A stretch of DNA of 64,000 nt from an uncultured bacterium (lineage in GTDB: Bacteria > AUK180): NCBI GenBank assembly GCA_937863565.1, contig CALMGJ010000020.1, positions 838-64,837 of the forward strand, given 5' to 3'. Positions 37,467 through 46,854 of the stretch are shown here, one piece after another. The position numbers were made by a program, and so were the translations under genes. Under the pieces are notes generated by a model that was not told where the DNA came from, made no database searches, and was given only the letters and a program-made list of their open reading frames with translations. The stretch's first letter is position 1. Each line of letters begins with the position of its first letter.

Positions 37467-39792
37467 GAAAGGGCTTCATCCGGAAACGGATAAGAAAGGG
37501 CTTCATCCGGAAACGGATACAAATGACCTCTATCCTGAAATCGAGCGGATTCTCCCTTTGGTCCAGTATCCTCAGAGATATATCGGCAATGAGATCGGTG
37601 CGGTAAAAAAGAAAAATTTCAAAAATAAGATCGTCTTCGGCTTTCCCGATCTGTACGAGCTCGGAATGAGCAATCTCGCTCTCAAGATATTCTACGATAT
37701 TTTCTACGATGATCCCGATATCGCTTTCGAGAGGACATTCCTCCCCGCCGGGGACATGCTGGAGCTGATGAGGACAAACGGGATACCTCTTTTCACTCTT
37801 GAGAGCTTCAGCCCGGTGAAGGAGGCGGACCTTCTCGCGTTCACCCTTCCCTCCGAACTCCTTCTTATAAACGCCCTGAGGATGATGAAGGCGGCACTGA
37901 TCCCATTATTCTCGACGGAAAGAGACAAGGGAGGATATCCCATTCTTGTCGCCGGCGGACCTGGCACCGTTAATCCCCTGCCGCTTTTCCCTTTCTTTGA
38001 TGTCATCTTCATCGGCGAAGCGGAAGAAGCGTTCCCCCGGATGGCTGCACTGCTTAAAGAACATCGCAACAGGGAAGATCTCCTTCACATCTTGTCCCGC
38101 TTGGACGGATTCATCATTACCTCTATTTATAAGAAAACGTCTTTCGGGGAATTCCTGATAGCGGAAGGTCCTCTTAAGGATTACGTGAGGTGGGAGAAAT
38201 TTCACGATACTCCCCCCGCCGCAGAGCGTCTCATACCAATAACACAGATCGGCGAGAAACGGCGTGAGATAGAGATCATGCGCGGATGCTCGGCCATGTG
38301 CAGATTCTGCCTTGCGGGATCGCTTTACAGGCCCAGAAGAGAAAGAGATGTCAATACCGTGCTGCAGGATATCATTGCGGGCATTGAAAAGAACGCTTCA
38401 GACAGCATTTCTCTTCTTTCACTTTCCTCCGGCGATTATTCCGGGATCAATGATCTCATCAATGAACTCCTTAAATTGAAGGATGATATCCGCATATCCC
38501 TCCCCTCGCTGAGGATAGACAGTATCGATACGGAACTTTTGACCGCTCTCGGCTCCAGAAAGATCACCAATCTTACTTTTGCGTTGGAAACCGGAAGTGA
38601 GCGGCTGAGAAAGGCAATTAACAAAAAGATCACAGATGCAGAGTACTTCGGTATGCTCGATAAGATCCGCGATAAAAGTTGGAGAACGGTGAAACTCTAT
38701 TTCATGTTGGGATTGCCGGGAGAGACCGACGATGATATCAAGAGCACGGCGGGACTCATTGAACGGACCGTATACATTCTCGGGAAGAGGTTTTCCATTA
38801 ATATCTCGATATCTGTTTTCGTACCGAAACCGCATACGCCGTTCGAGACATCTGATCTTATTTCGCCGGAGGATTTCAAAAGGAGGATCTCTTTTTTCCA
38901 CTTCTTAAGGAAATATAAGAACGTGAAGATCAATTACGGCGACCGCGAAACTGCCGCGCTCGAAACGATGGCTTCCCGTGGCGATATCCGCGCCGGGATG
39001 TTCCTCGCCGAGCTGGCAGAAAAAGGCCTCGACCATGATGCCCTTTTCGCGAACAGGGAAATCATCACGGAAGCGGCAGGGAAAGCCGGCATGGACAAGT
39101 TCCTTTACAGTTTCGATACGCCTTATTGGAGGGATATCGTTTCGATCTCCGACGGAGATTTTTTAAGGCGCGAGCGCGAGGCTGGCGAGAAGTGCGAAGA
39201 GACACAGGACTGTTTCGAGGGTACATGCCTGGCTTGCGGGGCATGCGGAGGCCGTGAACCCGGATACAGGAAGAGCGCGCCCATTACCGTTTCGGTTAAA
39301 CCGCAGCATACGGATACGGCTGAAGACCGCTTGTACCTTCTCAAATTCGAAAAAAGAGGGATCTCAAAATTCCTTTCGCATAACGACCTGAACTATGTGG
39401 TCTGCCGCCTTCTGGAGATGAGCGGGATGCATCTTGTCAAAAGAACGGGATTCGCGCGCAATGCCAAGATATCGTTCTTCCATGCCCTCCAGCTCGGTAT
39501 AGAGAGCTTGGCCGAATATGCCGCATGCCACTTGAAAGAGAAGGTGGGCGAAGAAAGAGTCCGGGCTTTCAACAACAGAGCGCCGCAGGGCCTGCGTCTT
39601 ACCGAAGCGAAGGAGATAGAAAGCTTGCCGCGGATCGCATCCGTGGAATTTACCGCTTTTTATTCTGACGGGCGCGCAGAAAAATTCGTGCTTGTCAGGA
39701 AAGAGGGAAATATTGAATCATTACCGGCATATCTTGACGCCCTTCCGGAAAAACCCCTGAAGGTGATCAAAACGGGCTCATTTTTTGAATAG
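37456..39792 (+). CDS. radical SAM protein (B12-binding-like N-domain, CxxxCxxC) fused to DUF2344 domain
   Basis: CSAMCRFCLAG radical-SAM cluster motif. C-terminal LYLLKFEKRGISKFLSHNDL... looks like DUF2344. The first 20 aa come from the tandem repeat, so the true start may lie downstream (a possible TTG near PLVQYPQRY). Confidence 0.75.
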   Translation: MEDKKGLHPETDKKGLHPETDTNDLYPEIERILPLVQYPQRYIGNEIGAVKKKNFKNKIVFGFPDLYELGMSNLALKIFYDIFYDDPDIAFERTFLPAGDMLELMRTNGIPLFTLESFSPVKEADLLAFTLPSELLLINALRMMKAALIPLFSTERDKGGYPILVAGGPGTVNPLPLFPFFDVIFIGEAEEAFPRMAALLKEHRNREDLLHILSRLDGFIITSIYKKTSFGEFLIAEGPLKDYVRWEKFHDTPPAAERLIPITQIGEKRREIEIMRGCSAMCRFCLAGSLYRPRRERDVNTVLQDIIAGIEKNASDSISLLSLSSGDYSGINDLINELLKLKDDIRISLPSLRIDSIDTELLTALGSRKITNLTFALETGSERLRKAINKKITDAEYFGMLDKIRDKSWRTVKLYFMLGLPGETDDDIKSTAGLIERTVYILGKRFSINISISVFVPKPHTPFETSDLISPEDFKRRISFFHFLRKYKNVKINYGDRETAALETMASRGDIRAGMFLAELAEKGLDHDALFANREIITEAAGKAGMDKFLYSFDTPYWRDIVSISDGDFLRREREAGEKCEETQDCFEGTCLACGACGGREPGYRKSAPITVSVKPQHTDTAEDRLYLLKFEKRGISKFLSHNDLNYVVCRLLEMSGMHLVKRTGFARNAKISFFHALQLGIESLAEYAACHLKEKVGEERVRAFNNRAPQGLRLTEAKEIESLPRIASVEFTAFYSDGRAEKFVLVRKEGNIESLPAYLDALPEKPLKVIKTGSFFE
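37462..37515. repeat. perfect 27-bp tandem duplication (gataagaaagggcttcatccggaaacg x2, plus 4-nt partial third copy)
   Basis: Read directly. Spans the rph stop codon and the first codons of the downstream ORF. In-frame; encodes DKKGLHPET twice. Confidence 0.85.
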
Positions 39793-40353
39793 TCTTTTCA
39801 CGCCTTGCGCAGATCTGTAAAGTATATCGAAAAAAGTCCCGAGAGGACAGAAAGCATTACACCAGATGAAGGGGAAAAATATCAGTATCGCGGCGAAGGC
39901 GCTGATGAAAATGATCCGGAAAAGCGTGTACGGCGGAGTAAGGTAGAGGAATGGAAACACAAGCAGGTATCTGAGCCCCATAATATACAGAATACAGGCT
40001 GCAGCAAGAAAAGCGAATTTCAAATACGGATATTCCTTTGTTCGTATCTTCTTGCATTTCAGCAGACAGGCTTTCTCCGACAGGAATCCTACGGGACACA
40101 GAGTGAAGCAGTAGGGTCTCTTTCTGAAGAAAGATATAATGAGAATAAAAAGAGCAAACACGGGGAACACTGAAAGCGTGAACCCGCCTTCGAACATGGC
40201 AAGATAGTATTCCAGGGAAAGTATCCTTTTCATGATCAGGATGAAGAAAATAAAATAAAAGGCTAATGCCGCATATCTGAGGATATTTTTCCTGAGGAAT
40301 ACGGAAAGCACGGTAAGAGCGATCAGCAGACCTAAAGCGGCCGATTCAGTCAA
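39778..40353 (-). CDS. polytopic membrane protein with two CP(V/L)G Cys motifs (NosR/NapH-like 4Fe-4S-binding membrane module)
   Basis: FTLCPVGFL and AFCPLGTF motifs between TM helices. Confidence 0.5.
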   Translation of the reverse strand: MTESAALGLLIALTVLSVFLRKNILRYAALAFYFIFFILIMKRILSLEYYLAMFEGGFTLSVFPVFALFILIISFFRKRPYCFTLCPVGFLSEKACLLKCKKIRTKEYPYLKFAFLAAACILYIMGLRYLLVFPFLYLTPPYTLFRIIFISAFAAILIFFPFIWCNAFCPLGTFFDILYRSAQGVKRLFKK

Positions 40354-40889
40354 CGGGACTTTTTTTTTACGGCTTTGTTCTCTTTGAGGAAAGCGTCGAG
40401 GTCTAAAAGTATATCTCTGATGCAGCTGCTCGTGTATGTAGCGCCGGTCACGGTATCAGCCGGTGCCTGTATCTTCACTTTGTTCCGGGTCGCGCCCGAC
40501 ACGGACTCCACTTTCAGGACTGCAGAGGACACCTTCTTCCCTTCGAATCTTTCAAGATAACCCGATTCAAGAACGATCTTCATATAGGCGGGAGTTTCAT
40601 TGTGTGAGAAGATGAATATCTTCCGTATGGCATCCTTCTTTTCATTCAGGACGATCGCAAGCACGATCTTGCCGTTATAACCTTCCCGTGAAGAAAAGCC
40701 GTCGCTGAAGAACATGAAGGATTTCTCATCTTTACCGGATATCGAATAAATGAATTTCGAGGCTTTTCTAATTTTGAAGCCCGGGTATTTTTCTTTCGCG
40801 AAAGCGGCCCTGGCATCGGCCGGATATATTCCGCAGGAAACGAGAAAAACTAAAACTGCGGCAATTATGATCTTTAAACGAGGTCTCAT
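40350..40889 (-). CDS. FMN-binding domain lipoprotein
   Basis: Lipobox LVSCG. C-terminal SGATRNK...TVTGATYTSS resembles the FMN_bind motif. Start taken at MRPRLK to avoid overlapping the upstream gene. Confidence 0.6.
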   Translation of the reverse strand: MRPRLKIIIAAVLVFLVSCGIYPADARAAFAKEKYPGFKIRKASKFIYSISGKDEKSFMFFSDGFSSREGYNGKIVLAIVLNEKKDAIRKIFIFSHNETPAYMKIVLESGYLERFEGKKVSSAVLKVESVSGATRNKVKIQAPADTVTGATYTSSCIRDILLDLDAFLKENKAVKKKSR

Positions 40890-40891
40890 GA

Positions 40892-41563
40892 TCAAAGCGC
40901 CGTTCCGCATTCCGTACAGAATTTCGATTCCGGCTGATTCTTTGCCCCGCACTTGGGACAGACCTTCCCGGCAAGGTTCGCACCGCAATTCGAACAGAAT
41001 TTCCCCTCGCCTGCAGGTTTGCCGCATTTCGGGCAGAGCGTAACCTTTGCCTCTATCTCCCCGGTGAATACCTGCGTTTCAGCGGCCTTGGTCTTAATAT
41101 CCTGGACCATTTTCTCCGCATGGGCGGCTGCAATCTCCACATTAGCCCTCGGCGCGTCGCCGACGCACAGGCCGGCACCTTCATTCCAGCAATTGTCGCA
41201 TACCCACTTGGAACATCTCGGGCATCTCTTGAAATGTCCTTTAGCCTCGTTCTGCGCTTCTTCGAAAGCCTTCTCGTGTTCCTTATGCCATTCGGGGCTC
41301 ATCCCTTCGAAACGCTCGCTTATAATGTCGCTGCCCCGCTCCAGGCCGCTTCCCACATTATATTGTCCCATCATCGTTGCGGCGGCTCCGGCGATCTTGC
41401 CGATATTCTTAAAGAAATTCTTTTTCTTGTATGTCTTTGATTCGATGAACCTTGTCTTGTAACCCTCATTGCAGATATTGCAGAAGAAGGTGAATTGGAA
41501 ACCCGCTTCCGTGGAATTGTCCGCGTAGTTGTCCGTGAAAGCGATGAGTTTTTTACCGTTCAT
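40892..41563 (-). CDS. hypothetical protein with C-terminal triple zinc-ribbon (CPKCG..CSNCG..CPKCG..CTECG)
   Basis: Cys pairs with zinc-ribbon spacing. N-terminal ~130 aa not recognised. Confidence 0.55.
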   Translation of the reverse strand: MNGKKLIAFTDNYADNSTEAGFQFTFFCNICNEGYKTRFIESKTYKKKNFFKNIGKIAGAAATMMGQYNVGSGLERGSDIISERFEGMSPEWHKEHEKAFEEAQNEAKGHFKRCPRCSKWVCDNCWNEGAGLCVGDAPRANVEIAAAHAEKMVQDIKTKAAETQVFTGEIEAKVTLCPKCGKPAGEGKFCSNCGANLAGKVCPKCGAKNQPESKFCTECGTAL

Positions 41564-41901
41564 ATATTCTCTCCTTTAATGTTCTTCCCGCATTTAATGC
41601 ATTTATCTCCCAGAGGCGGCTGTTCGAATCCGCATTTTTTATTCGCACATCTTACTGTAAGACGTTTCCCGCAATGAACGCAATAATCGCAGAAGAACCC
41701 TTCCTTCCCGCAAAGGGGGCAGACCACTTTAAGTTCAAACCCGCAGCCGGGGCAGGCTTTATATTCTTTTTTCACAGGATGTCTGCACTTCGGACATCTG
41801 AATTCGTCCGCGGGATCGATCTTCCCGCAGTACGGGCAAACTCCGCCATCGCTTTCAACGAGTTCATTGCAGTATTTGCACGGCTTTTTATATCCCGGCA
41901 T
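41560..41901 (-). CDS. multi-zinc-ribbon protein (113 aa, about 7 CxxC pairs)
   Basis: CKYC, CPYCG, CPKC, CPGCG, CPLCG, CDYCVHCG, CIKCG. A TATAAT and GAGGTG SD lie just upstream in the 41902-41954 gap. Confidence 0.55.
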   Translation of the reverse strand: MPGYKKPCKYCNELVESDGGVCPYCGKIDPADEFRCPKCRHPVKKEYKACPGCGFELKVVCPLCGKEGFFCDYCVHCGKRLTVRCANKKCGFEQPPLGDKCIKCGKNIKGENI

Positions 41902-41954
41902 TTCTCACCTCGCTTCATTATAGCACAATTCCCGCCAGCGGCAAAAAAAACGCA

Positions 41955-43184
41955 TTAGCCCTTGGCTATCAGCCCTCGGAGTATTTCAGCATGATCGCCT
42001 TTGCCGTGGATCAGCCTTCCCGCAAAAGCCCTTCTCAGCATCTTAAGCTCATCTATATGAAGATACGCGTACAGATATTCCTCGTTCCCCGGCTTTCTAA
42101 GGTCATCCTCTTCCATATACACGGGCTCTCTTCTGAAATCAACCTTGTTCATCGCTCTGTTCAGTTCGGTCATGAAGCCGCGGAGCCCATTTTGTCCATT
42201 CTCCCTTATATCCCTGAAAAGGTATGCCGCCCGGCCTTTTTCCTGAGAGACCGTCTCCAAGAGAACATAATCGGCTTCCGTTCCCGTTCGCTCCTTCGGA
42301 ATGGGAAGGAATAACCATAGATAATCCCCCGAGAGATCACCCATCAAGCCCTTTTTAAAACCAATGCCACGGTCGCCGGAAACAATATTTGAAAGCGCTC
42401 CGATATAAGGTCCTGTATTTGAGCTGCCGATATACGCTTCGATTGCATCCCGGAGGGCCGGTGAGACGCTGCATATTTCCTCGGAGAATACCAGCCGGCC
42501 CTCCCTGATCAGCTTCACGGCATTTCTGAGCTCCAACGCATCTATTCCGGGGAAGATGCCTTTAATGAAATCCCTCGATCTTTCGGAGAGACCCGCAAGA
42601 AGCTCTTCAAGTTTTTTACCGAAAAGATCGGTCTGCCTGCCAAGTTTCGAGATAGAGAGCGCAGATCCGCCTTGAAGTCCGATCTCGTATTTATGATCGT
42701 TGAGCACACAATTCTCTATCTCGCCGAGGGATATCCGCTCGAGCCGTCCCGCTTCGGGGATCAGAACAAGGGCGGAAGAGTAAAGTCTTATCTCCCCTTC
42801 CGCACCGATAGATCTTCCGTCCTCTCTTCTGAAGTCAAGACGGATCGGGGAGAAGGAAGCTTTCATTCTCTCGCTCATCAGAAGATGGGAAGCGATCTCA
42901 TCATGCCAGGATGAAAGAAAGGCTTTCATGAATCCGTCATAGACTGTGCCGAGCATTTTTAAAACAAGACATCCGGTTGCAGTTTCTAGCTCCACTGTAT
43001 AATCGACAAATCTGACGGTGATGATCCTGATAAGCGGAATATCCGCTATGTCCCCGGCACCCAGATCGAGCTTTAGCTTTTTTCCGAAGAGCTCGGCAGT
43101 GATCTTCAGGTCCGTATTTTCGCCGCGGAAACCGCCCTTGCCTCTTACAGTGAACAGCGTTTCTTCCTTTTTATCTTCTTCCAT
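41955..43184 (-). CDS. hypothetical protein (409 aa), no recognised domain
   Basis: Long ORF with genome-typical composition. First gene of the minus-strand operon that contains the zinc-ribbon genes. Confidence 0.55.
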   Translation of the reverse strand: MEEDKKEETLFTVRGKGGFRGENTDLKITAELFGKKLKLDLGAGDIADIPLIRIITVRFVDYTVELETATGCLVLKMLGTVYDGFMKAFLSSWHDEIASHLLMSERMKASFSPIRLDFRREDGRSIGAEGEIRLYSSALVLIPEAGRLERISLGEIENCVLNDHKYEIGLQGGSALSISKLGRQTDLFGKKLEELLAGLSERSRDFIKGIFPGIDALELRNAVKLIREGRLVFSEEICSVSPALRDAIEAYIGSSNTGPYIGALSNIVSGDRGIGFKKGLMGDLSGDYLWLFLPIPKERTGTEADYVLLETVSQEKGRAAYLFRDIRENGQNGLRGFMTELNRAMNKVDFRREPVYMEEDDLRKPGNEEYLYAYLHIDELKMLRRAFAGRLIHGKGDHAEILRGLIAKG

Positions 43185-43479
43185 CCCTGCTCCATTGTAT
43201 TATTATACGGAATTTGTATTGTTTTTCAAAGAAAAAGAGGGACGTTGGTTGAAAAAGGTGAATCTTTTTTCATTTACTCTGTCCATTATAATACGCTTTA
43301 CAGCGCTATGCGCGACTTATCTGAGGAAACCTTCCGGTGAGCACTTCACGCTTGGTATTCACCGATATTTTCCCCTACAATGAATTATTTAAGCACATGT
43401 GTTTAAGATCTTGTCAACAATATCGAACACTCTTTGTCTTGGAATTTTGCGGGGCCGGATTTTTATGGTATAATATCCC

Positions 43480-44265
43480 GTGAAAAGGTCTTTATGCATC
43501 ATACTTTTTATTTTAATTGGCGGCTTTCAGACAACGGCGCAGGACCTCAGAAGTTTCGTGGTCTATGAGAACACGCTTTATATCGGATTTGACAATATTG
43601 AACTTTACAAAAGCGAATATTCCGATAAGGCGAAGGGCTTCCTGAATTACTATGTTTTCTATTCGGAGAGGTATTTCGAGGACATAACAGCGGGCTATCT
43701 TAACGGTAAGGCATTGAGACCTTCAAGAGCGAAAAATTACGAGTTCTCCGACAATCAGGATGAGGATTTCGAGGCCGAATTCTATGAAAGCGAGGAGGCG
43801 CAGACAAGAGGTGAGACCGATTTCATCATCAAAGGGATGATCGTTCTTGACGAAAAAGGGGGCCTTGTGTTCTTCAAAAGCGAGGAGATCCTCAAAGACG
43901 GCAATATCCAGTACAGGGTCATACGCGCCGAATGGAATTTCGGGAAAAAGATGTACGAAATAACCGTTGACGATAAGAAGCGTTCCGCCGACGGTAAGAT
44001 AGAGAGCTTCGAACTGAAGACCGGGAAAATGATACCCGTACTTTCGTATTTAATCTCTTTTGCTTTTCTGGACCTTAAAAATTGCGCGGAAGACGAGATC
44101 GCGCTCAAGGCCCTTGACCCCTTTGCCGCCAACCGGACATCATTCGACAGCCAAAGCAGTTTCCCCGCGGTAGCACCCGCTGTTTTCGATTTCACGATCA
44201 ACTGGAATGAGGGAAAGTACTCCATCCCCCGTTTCTCCCTCAATGCTGCCGGGGAAAGGAGATGA
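43480..44265 (+). CDS. hypothetical secreted protein
   Basis: Signal peptide MKRSLCIILFILIGGFQTTAQ. An extended -10 element TGGTATAAT lies at about 43462-43470. Confidence 0.5.
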   Translation: MKRSLCIILFILIGGFQTTAQDLRSFVVYENTLYIGFDNIELYKSEYSDKAKGFLNYYVFYSERYFEDITAGYLNGKALRPSRAKNYEFSDNQDEDFEAEFYESEEAQTRGETDFIIKGMIVLDEKGGLVFFKSEEILKDGNIQYRVIRAEWNFGKKMYEITVDDKKRSADGKIESFELKTGKMIPVLSYLISFAFLDLKNCAEDEIALKALDPFAANRTSFDSQSSFPAVAPAVFDFTINWNEGKYSIPRFSLNAAGERR

Positions 44266-44843
44266 GAAGCGCGTCTTTCCGTATCAGAGGATTTTATTTC
44301 GCCCTTTTTTCTTTTTTTGCTCTTTCGGTGTTCGGAGATACACCTAACGGGAAAACGAATCTCGAAGATGTGATCCTTTCGGAAGGTCTTGTTCTGGCTA
44401 AAGTCGAAAAGAACCATTTTAAAAAGAAACTCGCCGTGGCAGAGATAACCGTTATCCGCGTATTTGCGGGAAAGACAGAGAAAAAAAGATATTCCGTGAT
44501 CCTTAAAAACGGTAAGGATTTTGATTTTACTCTCCGTGAGGGAGATGTTTACCTTTTCGGCCTTAAGGGGGAAATCGATCCCGGGATCGCCGCCGGATTG
44601 AAGAGAAAGATCAAGAGGGCGTTCGGTAAGACGGTAGGCGCGCTCGACATTCTTCCCTGCCGCGGTGAAAGGTTCTTTTTGAGAACAGGTGAATACGAAG
44701 GCTGTATATGCGCCGTCATTGAACCATTTGACCATGATGTTCCGGAATGTCTGAGGGACCTGCCGGGCCCGAAATCTAGGGCTTACAGATTCGTCATAGC
44801 GCTTGAAGATATTTTTAATTACTACCGCCTTCAAGGCGATTGA
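44262..44843 (+). CDS. hypothetical secreted protein
   Basis: Signal peptide. 4-nt overlap with the upstream gene. Confidence 0.5.
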   Translation: MRSASFRIRGFYFALFSFFALSVFGDTPNGKTNLEDVILSEGLVLAKVEKNHFKKKLAVAEITVIRVFAGKTEKKRYSVILKNGKDFDFTLREGDVYLFGLKGEIDPGIAAGLKRKIKRAFGKTVGALDILPCRGERFFLRTGEYEGCICAVIEPFDHDVPECLRDLPGPKSRAYRFVIALEDIFNYYRLQGD

Positions 44844-44864
44844 AACAATAAGTCAGGAGGATAT

Positions 44865-45524
44865 ATGTGGGCGTTCTTCAATCTGTTCTATAAAAGCCCG
44901 ATAGAGCTGATCAACGAGCATTTCAAGGTCGTAAGCGAGGTTTACGAACTCGCCAAACTGAATTTCAACTGCTGGCGGGAAGGCAAGGAGTTCAATTACG
45001 AAGTCGTCGACCAGAAAGAGCACGAAGCGGATATCATCAGGGAGAAGGTAAGCGAGGTCATTACGACCAGCCTCATGTCCTCCCTCAGAAAAGAGGATAT
45101 CCTGAGCCTTGTCTGGGTGCAGGACGAGATCGCAGACGCTTGTCAAGACTTGATGCACATACTCGACTTCAAAAGAGTCAAACTCACTCCCGAGATGACG
45201 GAGAAGTTCCGCCAGATCTTCGAGATCACTGATAAGGCAATGACCGAGTACTCTGCACTTTTAAATAATTTCTACAATTTTTCGAGAGCTGACTGGGCGC
45301 CGCGTTACAAAAGAGTAATACCTCAGGAAATTGAAAATATCAGTAAGTTCGAGAAGGATATCGACCGTGTTAAGCATTCTCTCGGAAAGATCATATATAA
45401 TTCCGAGAGCACGCATTCGGCGATAGAGATATATTTTATATCGAAGATGACGATCATTATCGACCGCACGAGCAATGAGCTGAAAAGGGCGGCCGAGCGC
45501 ATCAAAAGAATGATAGCCAAATAA
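44865..45524 (+). CDS. DUF47 / PhoU-like phosphate-transport regulator (YkaA family)
   Basis: Helical ~210-aa protein of the DUF47 pattern, immediately upstream of a PiT transporter gene (the conserved pairing). Confidence 0.7.
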   Translation: MWAFFNLFYKSPIELINEHFKVVSEVYELAKLNFNCWREGKEFNYEVVDQKEHEADIIREKVSEVITTSLMSSLRKEDILSLVWVQDEIADACQDLMHILDFKRVKLTPEMTEKFRQIFEITDKAMTEYSALLNNFYNFSRADWAPRYKRVIPQEIENISKFEKDIDRVKHSLGKIIYNSESTHSAIEIYFISKMTIIIDRTSNELKRAAERIKRMIAK

Positions 45525-45527
45525 ACG

Positions 45528-46802
45528 ATGTTTCTGATCCTGACACTCCTGCTTTGCTTCTATGTCGCATGGAATATAGGCGCGAACGATGTCGGCAACA
45601 ATATGGGAACTCCCGTATCGGCCGGGTCACTCTCTTTTAAAAACGCCGTTCTGATCGCAGTGATCTTCGAGTTTCTGGGGGCAGTGCTCGTTGGCGGTTA
45701 TGTGGTTAAAACCATCAGCACGGACATACTCAACTTGAGCCTATACGAGGGGGATCCCCGCATTCTTATCATCGCTATGTTCTGTTCGCTCCTCGCATCA
45801 GGATTCTGGATAACAATTGCCACCGTATTCAAAATGCCTGTTTCCACAACCCACTCGATCATCGGCGCCGTGGTAGGAGCGGGACTTGTAACGGTCGGGG
45901 CGGGAGCTATTTGCTGGGCGAAGATAAAACTTATCGCCATTTCCTGGCTGGTCTCCCCTTTCCTCGGAGGACTGATAAGTTATATTATCTTTAACATTTA
46001 TAAATACTTGATCTTCAATAAAGATGATCCGTTCATACAATTGAAAAGGATCGCTCCATTCTTTGTTTTCATCGTGATCTTCACTCTCGCCATGGCAACT
46101 ATTTATAAGGGTTTGAAGAACTTACATCTAAACCTGGATCTCGTCCCCGCACTTCTTATTTCAGTTGCCGCAGGAGCAGCCGGCGCCGTTTTCACAGCAA
46201 TACGGATGAAGAATAAAAAAGCTTCCGGCGACCAGGTCAACGATGTTGAAGACTTCTCCAAGCCCCTTCATGTGATCGCTGCATCGTACGAATGTTTCGC
46301 TCACGGCGCAAATGATGTAGCTAATGCCGTGGGCCCCGTTTTCGGCATCATCATGCTTACAAAATACCTTAAATACAAGGCGGGATCGGACATCCCCGGC
46401 AGTATGATTCAATTCATGACATGCTCAGGCGGCGGCATTCCTCCATATATCCTTCTCATCGGAGCCGCAGGGATCGTGCTTGGCATCACCACTTTCGGGA
46501 AGAACGTTATGGAAACGATCGGTAAAAGGATCACCGAGATCACTCCTTCAAGGGGTTTTGCTTCCGGCTTCGCTACCGCCACTACCGTCCTCCTCGGATC
46601 ACGGCTCGGATGTCCGCTTTCATCAACCCATATCGTTGTCGGCACCGTTGCCGGCGTAGGCATAGGAAGAGGTATAGGGACATTAAATGCAAAAGTATTG
46701 TTGTCCATTTTTATGTCGTGGTTCCTTACATTGCCCGTATCTGCAGGCCTTTGCGTATTACTGTATCTGCTGTTGAAGGACATCATCATCCGGTTAATCT
46801 GA
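45528..46802 (+). CDS. pit: inorganic phosphate transporter, PiT (PHO4) family
   Basis: Duplicated GANDVANAVGP-type signature (GANDVGNNMGT...GANDVANAVGP). About 10 TM helices. Confidence 0.9.
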   Translation: MFLILTLLLCFYVAWNIGANDVGNNMGTPVSAGSLSFKNAVLIAVIFEFLGAVLVGGYVVKTISTDILNLSLYEGDPRILIIAMFCSLLASGFWITIATVFKMPVSTTHSIIGAVVGAGLVTVGAGAICWAKIKLIAISWLVSPFLGGLISYIIFNIYKYLIFNKDDPFIQLKRIAPFFVFIVIFTLAMATIYKGLKNLHLNLDLVPALLISVAAGAAGAVFTAIRMKNKKASGDQVNDVEDFSKPLHVIAASYECFAHGANDVANAVGPVFGIIMLTKYLKYKAGSDIPGSMIQFMTCSGGGIPPYILLIGAAGIVLGITTFGKNVMETIGKRITEITPSRGFASGFATATTVLLGSRLGCPLSSTHIVVGTVAGVGIGRGIGTLNAKVLLSIFMSWFLTLPVSAGLCVLLYLLLKDIIIRLI

Positions 46803-46854
46803 TATTTCTCACCTCATGTATTGTAAAAACGCTTTTTTTTGATTATAATATGGT

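Noticed and set aside
40890-41027. Extended N-terminus of the FMN-binding protein overlapping the zinc-ribbon gene by 136 nt
   Set aside because: An internal Met (MRPRLK) directly precedes a lipoprotein signal peptide and removes the overlap.
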